DNA of 33,935 nt from Nitrospinae bacterium RIFCSPLOWO2_12_FULL_45_22 (GTDB lineage: Bacteria > 2-12-FULL-45-22), in contig MHDQ01000282.1 of NCBI GenBank assembly GCA_001803565.1, forward strand, positions 1 to 33,935, given 5' to 3'. The first letter of the stretch is position 1; each line of letters opens with the position of its first letter. Below the pieces are notes generated by a model. The model searched no databases, was not told the origin of the DNA, and saw nothing but the letters and a program-made list of their open reading frames with translations. Both the position numbers and the translations under genes were made by a program. Below, one piece after another: positions 1 to 9,824 of the stretch.

Positions 1-675
1 GACATTCATCTTCAGTCCGACCTTATCTTCCGCGGCCATGGCCCCCTTTAATAGCATTACTATATTTTCGATCTTCTGCTTCTTCCATTTATCTTGCCAG
101 GCTCTTTTATTAACGATAAATTTAGTAGTTGATTCCAGAACGGTATCTATAACCCGCAGGCTATTGGCCTTTAATGATGAGCCAGTCTCGGTAACTTCTA
201 CGATAGCATCCACTAGCATCAGTGGCTTGACCTCAGTGGCACCCCAGGAAAACTCTACCTTGGCTTTAACTCCATGCTTTTTAAGATATGCCCTGGTTAC
301 TCCTACCAATTCCGTGGCTATTTTTTTACCTTCCAGATCTTTGACAGTTTTAGCTTTACTCGCCTCAGGGACAGCTAGAACCCATTTGACGGGCCTTAAT
401 CCCTGCTTTGCATAGATAAAATCCGCCACCTCTATTACCCTGGCCTTATTCTCTAATACCCAATCCTTTCCGGTTAGGCCACAATCAAGGCCCCCATCTT
501 CTACATATTTGGCCATCTCCTGGGCCCTAAGCATTATACATTCAATCTCAGGGTCATCTATCGAAGGGATATATGATCTCTCATGGGCAACAATATTGTA
601 TCCCGCTTTTTTGAACATCCTGAAAGTTGATTCTTGCAAACTTCCTTTAGGCAAACCAAGTCTTAGGCGATTCAT
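1..675 (-). CDS. hisG: ATP phosphoribosyltransferase (long form), 3' end runs off the window
   Basis: Not in the ORF track. Manual translation from ATG 675: [18 protein letters not shown]...[25 protein letters not shown]...[11 protein letters not shown]...[16 protein letters not shown]; frame stays open to base 1. Directly downstream of hisI. Confidence 0.95.
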   Translation of the reverse strand, partial: MNRLRLGLPKGSLQESTFRMFKKAGYNIVAHERSYIPSIDDPEIECIMLRAQEMAKYVEDGGLDCGLTGKDWVLENKARVIEVADFIYAKQGLRPVKWVLAVPEASKAKTVKDLEGKKIATELVGVTRAYLKKHGVKAKVEFSWGATEVKPLMLVDAIVEVTETGSSLKANSLRVIDTVLESTTKFIVNKRAWQDKWKKQKIENIVMLLKGAMAAEDKVGLKMNV

Positions 676-677
676 GA

Positions 678-1064
678 TTATTTCTTTCCTCCATACACCT
701 TTTCCGGGTCGAATATTTTCTCCTCTTTGAATATACGAAATTCCCCGTCCTTTAATTCTCTGAAGAAGCAAGAATTATATCCGGTATGGCAAGCAGCCCC
801 ACCTATCTGCTCCACTTTCAACAAAAGGGTATCATCATCACAATCTATTAAGATTTTTTTTACCAACTGAAAATGTCCTGACTGTTCCCCTTTAAGCCAC
901 AGTTTATTCCTTGACCGGCTCCAATAATGGGCTTTTTGGGTCTCCAATGTCTTGTCCCAGGCCTCTTGGTTCATAAAGGCCAGCATTAATATCTCGTTAC
1001 TAAGATAGTCCTGGACAATTACTGGGATCAAGCCATTAAATTTACTAAAATTTATCTCCATCAT
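678..1064 (-). CDS. hisI: Phosphoribosyl-AMP cyclohydrolase
   Basis: Motifs [45 protein letters not shown]. Confidence 0.95.
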   Translation of the reverse strand: MMEINFSKFNGLIPVIVQDYLSNEILMLAFMNQEAWDKTLETQKAHYWSRSRNKLWLKGEQSGHFQLVKKILIDCDDDTLLLKVEQIGGAACHTGYNSCFFRELKDGEFRIFKEEKIFDPEKVYGGKK

Positions 1065-1072
1065 AAAACGTA

Positions 1073-1206
1073 CTAGTAGAGCGATTCCTAATTAACCTTG
1101 TCATCTCGACCGGAGGGAGAGATCTTTCTAACCCTTTTAGTAAAAAGATTTCTCGCTTCGCTCGAAATGACAGCATTATAACGTTACTTTGGAAACGATG
1201 TACTAG
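1073..1206. repeat. MITE/REP-like nested palindromic element
   Basis: Outer imperfect inverted repeat CTAGTAGAGCGATTCC (1073-1088) / GGAAACGATGTACTAG (1191-1206). Inner hairpin 1099-1172: TGTCATCTCGA..GAGAGATCTTT..AAAGATTTCTC..TCGAAATGACA. Confidence 0.7.
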
Positions 1207-1457
1207 ACTCAGATTTTTTCTCTTTTCTTTAAAAACCCTTCTTCTTTATTCGCTTATCGAAATATCTCCTAACCTATAACAAAATATCGAAAAAATCAAT
1301 GCGGGAATTTACTGGGGTTTCAGAGATAAAACTATTTGACAGGTAGTAAGATAGTATGATAAATAAGAACCAATTTATCTTGTTTCGCATTTTGGGCTTT
1401 AACCTTAGCCCGGCTCCAAAATATAAGGGATAACTATTACCGAAAGGTGGGTTTATT

Positions 1458-4046
1458 ATGGATAAAGACACCCAGGTGCAAGAGGATGTCTGGATACCCA
1501 CGGTTTGCAGCATGTGCTATAGCCAGTGTGGTATCCGGGCTCATCGGGTAAATGGTAAGGTGGTCAAGATCGAGGGCAACCCAGAAAGCCCGCTGGGTAT
1601 AGGAAGGATCTGTGCCAAGGGGCTAGCCGGCATAATGCTCCTATATGACCCCTATCGCCTAAATGTCCCTATGAAGAGGACTAACCCTGAGAAGGGTATA
1701 GGTATAGACCCTAAGTGGGTAGAGATAAGCTGGGAAGAGGCCCTGGACACTATTACTCAAAAACTCAAGAAGATCCGGGCGGAAGACCCCAGAAAGCTGG
1801 TATTTACTGGCTGCATACCGTCTATGTCCCCGATGGTCTTTGGCCTGGCATTATTCATGCCCGCCTTTGGCTCACCCAATGTCTTTATTTCTAACGGTCA
1901 TCAGTGCGGTAATGCAGAACACTTACTGGCTGCTACCCTCCATGGTGCCCTGACCACTAACCCGGACATGCAATATTGCAACTACCTCATTATGTTTGGT
2001 TGCCACTGTGGCACTGCGGCCTATTATGCCTATACCACCATGTGCCAGCGGATGGCCGATGCGCGGGTACGGGGTATGAAGCTGGTGGTAGTGGACCCTA
2101 TGCTGAATACCGGCGCAGAGAAAGCCGATGAATGGTTGCCTATCAAGCCCGGCACTGATGGTGCCCTGGCTATGGCCATGCTCCATGTCTTGCTTAATGA
2201 ATTAGGCATCTATGATGAAGAATACCTTAAAGAGCATACCAATGCCCCTTATCTCATTGCGATGGATGGCTATTATCTCCGGGATAGGGAGACAGATAAA
2301 CCCCTGATCTGGGACCCAAGGGACCAAAAGGCCAAGACCTATGATGACCCCAGCATAAAGGACTATGCCCTGGAAGGGGTCTATCAGTTTGATGAGATGC
2401 TGGGAAAACCCGCCTTTAGCTTGCTTAAAGATCAGGTAAAGAAATTCACCCCCGAACATGCGGCTGAAATCACTACTATACCCGCGGAGACTATCCGCCG
2501 GATAGCTAAGGAATTTGGTGAGGCGGCCCGGATCGGCAGCACTATAACTCTGGATGGTAAAGAGTTGCCTTACCGACCGGCATCGGTAGTCTATTTTAAA
2601 GGGGCTCATGGACATAATCATGCCTGGTTAACCTCATTGGCCATTGAGCTCCTCTGCGAGGTGGTAGGGGCCAGCAATGTACCGGGCGCCTTCCTGGGTT
2701 GTAACCCGGTATGCTATGGTTATCCAGAAACCGGCCGACCTCGTTGGGAGCCCAAAGTCGGGCCTGATGGGCTCTTATCCCCCGGGCTCTGGTTCGGTGG
2801 TAGCGAGCCGGGCTTGATACCCGGTCCTTATCCCCCGACCGAGCCACAACCACCACAGACCCTTAACCTGATGGACCTACTTACCCCAGCCCTGACTAGC
2901 CACTTACCGGTACTGACGATACCGCGTTGGGATGAATTCAAAATACCCTATAAGCCAGAGATGCTGATCAATTATGGGGCCAATAGCCTGATGAGTATAG
3001 GCAATCCCGAGATAGTGGCCCAGTCCTTCAAAGACCTCTTTGTGGTCTCCTTCAATCTCTGGCTGGACGAGACCACTGATCTGGCAGACATAGTATTGCC
3101 CGATACTTGCTATCTGGAACGACTAGACCCCTCGCCTAATATGCACCATCACCATTTCCCTGTGGGGTTAGGCGAGTGGGGCTGGCAGATCCGGCAGCCT
3201 GTAGTAGAACCCCTCTACCAGAGGCGGCATTTTTGTGAAGTGATGCTCGAATTAGGCGAGCGGGTAGGCATCCGGCCCGAGTTTTACATGGTCGTTAACC
3301 TGTACTTTGACCTGAAAGAACCGTTTAGATTGGACCCAGCAAAAAAATATAGTTGGGAGGAGATAGCAGATACTATATACAAATCCTATTTTGGCCCCGA
3401 GCATGGTCTGGAGTGGTTTAAGAAACATGGGGTGCTAAAATGGCCTAAAAAGCCAGAAGAACCTTATTGGAAGCCCTTTATTAAGGCCCGGGTACCGATC
3501 TATTTTGAATGGATAAAGGGATTGGGAGAAAAAATAAAGAAGATCGCTGAAGAACAAGACCTGAAGGATATTGATACCTCAGATTTCCAGCCCCTGCCCG
3601 ACTGGAAACCCTGTAGTGCCCTGGAGTATCAAGGGAATGAGTATGACCTGCAGGCCATCTATTATCGCGTACCCTGGCATACCTTCTCGATGACCTATGA
3701 GAACCCCTGGCTGGATGAGATATCAGACAATGAGCCATACAGCTACTTTATCTCTATCAATACCGATACTGCTAAAAAGAAAGGTATAAAAGATGGGGAC
3801 CTTATCTGGGTAGAATCGTTAGATGCCGGTAAAACCAAAGGCCGGGCCAGGTTGGTTGAAGGCATTCATCCCGAGGTAATCGGGGTAGCTAATAATGGCG
3901 GCCATTGGAGCCCTAACATGCCGGTGGCTAAAGGTAAAGGGGTATTTTTTGAGGCCCTATTACCTTTAGCCCTGGCCAAGACTGACTTGTTAACCATTAC
4001 TATGGATTGTGATGCCCGAGTAAAGATATATAAGGTGGAGGGATAG
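1458..4046 (+). CDS. Molybdopterin (bis-MGD) oxidoreductase catalytic subunit, DMSO-reductase family, PadB-like, no Tat signal
   Basis: N-terminal FS0 motif CSMCYSQC...C; RTNPEKGIGIDP; candidate Mo-ligand segment GHQCGNAEH; PIKPGTDGALA; ADIVLPDTCYLER; C-terminal dinucleotide-binding domain (INTDTAKKKGIKDGD). Confidence 0.9.
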   Translation: MDKDTQVQEDVWIPTVCSMCYSQCGIRAHRVNGKVVKIEGNPESPLGIGRICAKGLAGIMLLYDPYRLNVPMKRTNPEKGIGIDPKWVEISWEEALDTITQKLKKIRAEDPRKLVFTGCIPSMSPMVFGLALFMPAFGSPNVFISNGHQCGNAEHLLAATLHGALTTNPDMQYCNYLIMFGCHCGTAAYYAYTTMCQRMADARVRGMKLVVVDPMLNTGAEKADEWLPIKPGTDGALAMAMLHVLLNELGIYDEEYLKEHTNAPYLIAMDGYYLRDRETDKPLIWDPRDQKAKTYDDPSIKDYALEGVYQFDEMLGKPAFSLLKDQVKKFTPEHAAEITTIPAETIRRIAKEFGEAARIGSTITLDGKELPYRPASVVYFKGAHGHNHAWLTSLAIELLCEVVGASNVPGAFLGCNPVCYGYPETGRPRWEPKVGPDGLLSPGLWFGGSEPGLIPGPYPPTEPQPPQTLNLMDLLTPALTSHLPVLTIPRWDEFKIPYKPEMLINYGANSLMSIGNPEIVAQSFKDLFVVSFNLWLDETTDLADIVLPDTCYLERLDPSPNMHHHHFPVGLGEWGWQIRQPVVEPLYQRRHFCEVMLELGERVGIRPEFYMVVNLYFDLKEPFRLDPAKKYSWEEIADTIYKSYFGPEHGLEWFKKHGVLKWPKKPEEPYWKPFIKARVPIYFEWIKGLGEKIKKIAEEQDLKDIDTSDFQPLPDWKPCSALEYQGNEYDLQAIYYRVPWHTFSMTYENPWLDEISDNEPYSYFISINTDTAKKKGIKDGDLIWVESLDAGKTKGRARLVEGIHPEVIGVANNGGHWSPNMPVAKGKGVFFEALLPLALAKTDLLTITMDCDARVKIYKVEG

Positions 4047-4049
4047 AAT

Positions 4050-4655
4050 ATGGTAAGGTATGGTATAGTAATAGACCTGAAGAGATGCATTGGATGCTAT
4101 GGTTGTTTAGTAGCCTGTAAGGCAGAGAACTTCACCCCACCAGGGGTATTCTGGGCCCGGGTATTAAAACGAGAGGACGGTAAATACCCGTCCGTGAGAC
4201 GACTATCTCTGCCATTACTCTGTATGCATTGTGCAGAGCCAGCCTGTGTAGAGGTTTGCCCAACCGGGGCCAGTACTCAGAGGGAGGATGGGATAGTCTT
4301 TATTGATGCCGAGAAGTGCTTTGGCTGCCGGTATTGTATGATGGCCTGTCCCTATGGCTCTCGCTTTTTCCATTACCGGGAAAGGCCATATTTTCCTGCG
4401 GGCTTTACCCCCTATGAAGAAATGGGGCGGCAAAAACATCCTACCGGGGTAGTAGAAAAGTGTGATTTATGCCGGGAGAGGATCGAGAAGGGCTTAGAAC
4501 CGGCTTGCGTGGCCAATTGCATGACCAAAGCCAGGTATTTTGGCGACCTGGAAGACCCGGCCAGTGAGGTCTCACGACTGATCAGACAGCGGCACGGCTT
4601 CCAACTACGGCCAGAGGCTGGCACTGACCCGTCAGTCTATTATCTATCACCTTAA
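4050..4655 (+). CDS. 4Fe-4S multicluster electron-transfer subunit (DmsB/PsrB/PadC type)
   Basis: CIGCYGCLVAC, CMHCAEPACVEVCP, CFGCRYCMMACPY, CDLC...PACVANC. Confidence 0.93.
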   Translation: MVRYGIVIDLKRCIGCYGCLVACKAENFTPPGVFWARVLKREDGKYPSVRRLSLPLLCMHCAEPACVEVCPTGASTQREDGIVFIDAEKCFGCRYCMMACPYGSRFFHYRERPYFPAGFTPYEEMGRQKHPTGVVEKCDLCRERIEKGLEPACVANCMTKARYFGDLEDPASEVSRLIRQRHGFQLRPEAGTDPSVYYLSP

Positions 4656-4671
4656 AACTGAGGAGGCAGCT

Positions 4672-5595
4672 ATGGAAGATAGGCTTATTCATCCTACCGA
4701 GTTGTTTGTAGACAGTTTTAAAGTCCAGAGGGAATGGATAGAAGGGAAAGGAATGCTTTTGCTGTTAGCCATCTTTTTTGGCGAGCTAGGGGCTGGCATG
4801 TTCCTGGTTTCCTGGTATCTTAATTACCTGCTGGGTATGGTCTTCGGGATAGTCATAGTAGCCTCACTAAAAACTACCTTCCATATCCTCTTCCTGGGCC
4901 AACCATTGAAGTTCTGGCGGGCCTTTACCCGCCCCCAGAGCTCCTGGATCAGCCGGGGCGTGATCATCATGTCGGTATTTGTGGTCTTTGGCGGCTTATA
5001 TGTCTTGCCTGCTATCCCAGGATTCAACTGGCTGCCCTGGACAGCCCAGAGCCCTTTAGGTAATGCTTTAGTGGTGGTGGCTATTGTAGCCGCTTTGGGC
5101 GAGATAATCTATGTAGGCTTTCTACTGGCCTCCTTACCATCTATACCTTTTTGGAATAGCGGGTTATTGCCTATACTATTTATCACCTACTCGTTATTGG
5201 ATGGGGCAGGCTTGACCTTCATTATCGCCCCGGCCCTCTCTAATGAGGCCATTAATGTTCATCAGTTGAAGCGGATCGAGATCTGGCTTACGCTGTTTGC
5301 TATTATAAATATATTGGCTTATATCTGGACTATGTACCACACCACCGTAGGGGGTAAAGAATCAGTCCTGGAATTGATCAAAGGCCGCATTGCGACCCCT
5401 TTTATCGGTGGTGTGCTCATAGTAGGGATACTGATCCCATTGCCAGTAGCGATTTATGCCCATTTTTTCCTGATGCCATATGCCGTCCTGGGGATAACTG
5501 CGTTTATGGCCTTAGCTGGAAGTTTTCTGCTGCGCTACTCTATCCTTAAGGCCGGGATCTTCCCACCCCTTTACCCATTATATACACCGGTATGA
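4672..5595 (+). CDS. NrfD/PsrC/DmsC-type membrane anchor subunit
   Basis: About 8 hydrophobic segments; LGQPLKFWRAFTRPQSSWISRG; SIPFWNS; LRYSILKAG; RBS GAGGAGG. Confidence 0.85.
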   Translation: MEDRLIHPTELFVDSFKVQREWIEGKGMLLLLAIFFGELGAGMFLVSWYLNYLLGMVFGIVIVASLKTTFHILFLGQPLKFWRAFTRPQSSWISRGVIIMSVFVVFGGLYVLPAIPGFNWLPWTAQSPLGNALVVVAIVAALGEIIYVGFLLASLPSIPFWNSGLLPILFITYSLLDGAGLTFIIAPALSNEAINVHQLKRIEIWLTLFAIINILAYIWTMYHTTVGGKESVLELIKGRIATPFIGGVLIVGILIPLPVAIYAHFFLMPYAVLGITAFMALAGSFLLRYSILKAGIFPPLYPLYTPV

Positions 5596-5597
5596 AA

Positions 5598-5644
5598 GTG
5601 AGGGGTAAGGAGTTAGCGGTGAGCAGTTACTCCTTACGGCTCAC
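5598..5644. repeat. Heptamer-repeat hairpin (REP-like), possible terminator or mRNA stabiliser
   Basis: GTGAG-GG-GTAAGGAGT ... ACTCCTTAC-GG-CTCAC, built from 7-nt units (gtgaggg gtaagga gttagcg gtgagca). Confidence 0.55.
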
Positions 5645-5789
5645 TGCATGCTCCGCGGGCTCTGTGCTCTGCAGTGGGCAGTTAGCTGGTTAAAACCTGA
5701 AAAATCAGTGACCAATGAATCAAACCTCTTGAATGTCGGGTGAATAGTAAATAGAGATAAATTGAGAATAGTTAGTTATTTTTTTATAG

Positions 5790-6191
5790 GTGAAGGGATT
5801 GACCAGGGTAAAGGTAAATTTTTACGGTCTGATAAAAGATGTGGTGGACAAACGCTCCGATGAAGTCGAGCTGCCGGCTGGGGCTTCAGTAGAAGATTTG
5901 CTCCAGTTATTGGTTAGACAGCACGGAGAGCGGTTTCGTAATCGGGTTCTGACCAAAGAAGGTCAACTCCAGCGGTCGGTTAAGCTGGTAGTAAATAACG
6001 AACAGATAGACCCTGCCCGCTTAGATTTCAGCCTAACATCCAATAGGGATTCATCCTCCGCAGAAGTAACAGTCCTTATCTTCCCCCCCGTATTTGGCGG
6101 CCAAAAGAAGAAGGGTCAGGTCTATTTTTTTAGCAATTTATCTTTCTTGTTTAGAATCCTGCTTATTGAAGTAAAGTGCATTCCAAGATGA
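5790..6191 (+). CDS. MoaD/ThiS-family ubiquitin-like sulfur carrier with a 29-aa extension after the GG motif (alternative start TTG 5799)
   Basis: RVKVNFYG...VELPAGASVEDLL...VTVLIFPPVFGG (GG codons 6096-6101), then read-through into the adjacent element's inverted repeat. Confidence 0.8.
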   Translation: MKGLTRVKVNFYGLIKDVVDKRSDEVELPAGASVEDLLQLLVRQHGERFRNRVLTKEGQLQRSVKLVVNNEQIDPARLDFSLTSNRDSSSAEVTVLIFPPVFGGQKKKGQVYFFSNLSFLFRILLIEVKCIPR

Positions 6192-7042
6192 TCGGCAATC
6201 TGTTTCTGTTTGTAGCCGTATCCGTACACGGCCTCTTCTATCATCTTGTCTCTCTTACCTTTGTCCCCACAGATGTCTTTGGTAAATATCTTTTCAAGAC
6301 CCGGTCTGCTTACGTATCTCTGACCCTTAGAGATTTCCGGAATCTTCTCATGCCCCCTGATGTATGGCTTCAGCCTTTCTGCAAACCTCTCTTCTCCCAG
6401 TAAACACTGTTCTTTGACTTCCTTCCAGATGGTCTCTTTTCCCATCCCTTCCATTACAAACTCCCGGTATCCTTTTTCAGCCGTGCTCCTGTTCGTGTGG
6501 AATTGTGAGAGTATCCATTGGGTGCTAAGGCAAGGATGGGGGGCCTGCATGCCTGCTGTGGCCAGATAGCTGCTCCAGTTCCATTCATCGGGTTGCTTTG
6601 TTATATGCGCCCTTATGGGGTTCAGGATAATGTACCTGGCTACTTCGAGGAGATGGGAGTCTTTCTGTATGAGAATAGCCTTGTATCTTCCCTGAAAGAG
6701 GTGGCCGGTCCTGTTGTGCCTTTTATTGAATCTCTGGGTATATATACCGTTCACCTGCCTCATGCCGATTGAAAGGTTTCCTTCAGGGGTTTCTATCAGT
6801 AGGTGATAGTGGTTATCCATAAGGCAGTAGGCATGGCATACCCAGTTATATCTTTTATTGACTTGCTGGATGGTATAGAGAAAACTGGTTCTGTCCTGAT
6901 CGTCTTTGAAGATGGTCTTCTTTTCATTTCCTCTGGATGTTATGTGATATACTGCTCCTGGGTATTCTATACGGAGGGGTCTGACCATAATAGATATTTA
7001 TCATTTCGCCGAAACGATGTCAAGAAAATAGACCTGACCCTT
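6111..7042 (-). mobile_element. REP-associated Y1 (HUH) transposase module bounded by perfect 18-bp inverted repeats
   Basis: AAGGGTCAGGTCTATTTT (6111-6128) and AAAATAGACCTGACCCTT (7025-7042) are exact reverse complements. Confidence 0.8.
6122..6988 (-). CDS. REP-associated tyrosine transposase (Y1_Tnp/RAYT-like) with C-terminal HTH
   Basis: RPLRIEYPGAVYHITSRGN, AYCLMDNHYHLLIET (HUH), GHLFQGRYKA, RYIILNPIRA, WSSY; C-terminal QKQIADHLGMHFTSISR. Confidence 0.92.
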   Translation of the reverse strand: MVRPLRIEYPGAVYHITSRGNEKKTIFKDDQDRTSFLYTIQQVNKRYNWVCHAYCLMDNHYHLLIETPEGNLSIGMRQVNGIYTQRFNKRHNRTGHLFQGRYKAILIQKDSHLLEVARYIILNPIRAHITKQPDEWNWSSYLATAGMQAPHPCLSTQWILSQFHTNRSTAEKGYREFVMEGMGKETIWKEVKEQCLLGEERFAERLKPYIRGHEKIPEISKGQRYVSRPGLEKIFTKDICGDKGKRDKMIEEAVYGYGYKQKQIADHLGMHFTSISRILNKKDKLLKK

Positions 7043-7070
7043 TCTTTTTCTTTCCGGATAATATACTGTG

Positions 7071-7548
7071 GCAGGGCTATTTCCGATTCCTGGCTGGTCG
7101 AGAAGAAAACGAAGGAGAAAGGATTTTCCCTGGGGTTTTTCAAAGAAGAGTACGTCAAGCAATTTCCCGCGGCGACCGTCTGGAGAGAAGGCCGGATCGT
7201 GGCTTTTGCCAATATCTGGCAAGGAGCCGGGAAGGAGGAGATCTCGATCGACCTCATGTGCTACCAACCGGAGGCTCCCCACGGAGTTATGGAGTACTTG
7301 TTCATCGAGCTCATACTGTGGGGAAAAAGAGAGGGGTATCACTGGTTTAGCCTGGGCATGGCGCCTTTGTGTTCCGTCATGGAGAACATTTTTACAATTT
7401 TCAGGGTTTGCGTCACTACAAGGAGAAGTTCGATCCGGTCTGGGAGCCTCGCTACCTGGTTTCTCCCGGAGGTCTGACACTGCCCGGCATTTTCAACAAT
7501 TTAGCTTCTCTCATTTCGGGGGGCATCACTGGGGTCTTCGGCAAGTGA
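7071..7548 (+). pseudogene. mprF: 3' fragment of MprF phosphatidylglycerol lysyltransferase (DUF2156 domain) with an internal frameshifting deletion
   Basis: Frame [52 protein letters not shown]. Frame [38 protein letters not shown] (TGA 7546-7548). No 5' part. Confidence 0.85.
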
Positions 7549-7735
7549 GCGAGCCCAGTTGGAACATGGCGCAAACTTCACAGGCCCGATTGGCTGAGAA
7601 GCTCTTGACCCAAGGCCGATTTTCTTACCTTGCGGAAAAAAGGAGTTGAGCGTAAACTCTTGAATTTGTATAACCAAACGGACCGGGGGTTTGGCCCGTT
7701 TACCAATTTCCAGGCACTATAGAGGAAACCCAACC

Positions 7736-9680
7736 GTGAAACCCGACCAGAGAAAACTAGATAAAGGCAACCCAGCCTATTCCTTTACAAAAGTTTTGCA
7801 TCATTATTTTTTTTGTTTCATACGTCATAGTTTTATTGTTATGTTTGGGGTTTTTAAAATATGTGCACTTCACCGATATAGAAACCGATATTTTTTCCAT
7901 AACGGTTTATCTGACCTATTCTCTGATCTATCTCCTTTTCTCTATAATAGCGACCTATATCGTTAACCTTTTGAGAATGGTGAATAAATTTAAACATTCC
8001 AGGCTACTGTTCTATTTTATTTGCACCGTTGCAGTGATTACCACTGCATTTACAAATATGATGATTTTCGCGGATTATAAGATTTTTACTATGTTTGGTT
8101 TTCATTTTAATGGCTTCGTTTGGAATCTAATAACTACGCCGGGTGGTATTAGATCTATGGGTGCAGACCTATCGACCCACATAAGTGTTGCTTTATTTGC
8201 AATATTTTTTGTTTTAATGCAAATTGCATTATTGTATGGAATAAATAAGTTATTATCCAATAATAATAGCCTATTATTTAAAAAACATGAATATAAATTT
8301 AGGAAGTCTTATCGTATGCTATTAATATGTTTTCTTATTTTAACTGTAACGGAGCGTATCACATTCGGCATATGCCATTTGCGGAGTTATACGCCTGTTA
8401 TTGAGGCAGCGGGTAAATTTCCCTTTTATATTCCTTTAACATTTTCAGAATTTGCCAAAAAAATGGGGGTTAAAAGAGTCAAGACTGATCAACTTACTAT
8501 TCACGTAAAATCATCGGTGCTAGAATATCCTCTTGAAAAATTAACGGTAAGACCGCCGTCTCATCCTGTAAACGTGGTTTGGCTTGTATCGGAATCATGG
8601 AGGGCCGATACGCTGACGCCTGAAATTATGCCCGGAACCTATGCTTTTGCTGAACATGCTCACCGATTTACCAATCACTACAGTGGCGGGAACGGCACCC
8701 GTATGGGAGTTTTTTCGATGTTTTACGGTGTATACGGCTCCTATTGGCTCAATTTTCTGAACAGTGGACGGGCACCGTTGATCATGGATTTGATGCAGCG
8801 GGAGAATTATCAATTTGATATGTTTACCAGTGCGGAATTTACCTATCCTGAATTTGACAGGACCGTTTTTGTCAATATCCCAACTCGGTTACTGCATCAA
8901 TCCGGTGGAACGGGCGGGTTTATAAATGACCGGAATAATGTTTCCGAGCTCATCAACTTCATCAAAAACTGTGACAAAAACCGCCCGTTTATGACCTTTA
9001 TGTTTTTCGAATCGCCTCATTCCCCATATACGTTTCCGGAAGATTGTATAGTCAGAAAAGACTACTTGCCTCATATTAATTATGCGATTACTGATATAAA
9101 GAAAAATATTGAATTGATCCATAATCGCTATATTAATTCAGTACATCACCTGGATACTCAGTTTGAGCGGATATTTGAATTCTTTAAAAAAGAGAAACTT
9201 TTAGAAAATACCATTGTGGTTGTCACTGGAGATCACGGTGAGGAATTCATGGAGAAAGGACATTGGGGGCATCGGTCTTCTTTTGTCGAGGAGCAAATAC
9301 GAGTTCCTCTGGTAATATACATTCCAGGATCAGGTAATGATGTCCATAACTCCATAACAAGCCACATCGATATTGTTCCTACAATAGCACCCTACCTTGG
9401 TATAAAAAACAAATCGGAAGATTACTGTCTGGGATATGATCTACTTGGAAATATCAAAAAGAATTATGCCGTTGTTTCGGACTGGTACCATATAGCAATC
9501 ATCAATGATCAATATAAATATGTAGTTCCGGTCAAGGACACAGTCGTTTCACTCAGCTACCTGTTTACCAGAGGTGATAAAAAAATCGAAAGTCAGGATG
9601 AGTTCTTTGTCGAAGGAAAAAATATTCTTTTGGAGATCATGGCCAATTTAGGGAGATTTTTAAAAAAAGGGACCTCTTAA
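7736..9680 (+). CDS. YejM/PbgA-like membrane-anchored sulfatase-fold protein; probable true start GTG 7736 with a frameshift in the T8 tract (intact ORF 7836-9680)
   Basis: N-terminal TM helices with FGFHFNGFVWNL; NVVWLVSESWRAD; HYSGGNGTRMGVFSMFYG; FFESPH; VVTGDHGEEF; TSHIDIVPT. RBS AGAGGA precedes GTG 7736. Confidence 0.8.
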
Positions 9681-9824
9681 CCATCGAGTCAGATCGGGAG
9701 GCATCCCCAGCGCCTTCCACAATGGAGCGCGTGGGCCAGGAAGAAGGACGCAATTCGAAATCCCCAGGAAGGGCCGCTAATCTTGGCCCAGACCACGATT
9801 CCTTCTTTCGAGATTTGGAGAAGT

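Noticed and set aside
38-730. Plus-strand ORFs 38-415 and 509-730
   Set aside because: Antisense shadows of hisG and hisI.
1080-1260. His-leader attenuator upstream of hisI
   Set aside because: No His-codon-rich leader peptide is visible; the hairpin matches a REP/MITE architecture instead.
6803-7477. 224-aa ORF
   Set aside because: Chimera of antisense RAYT sequence, the inverted repeat and the mprF fragment.
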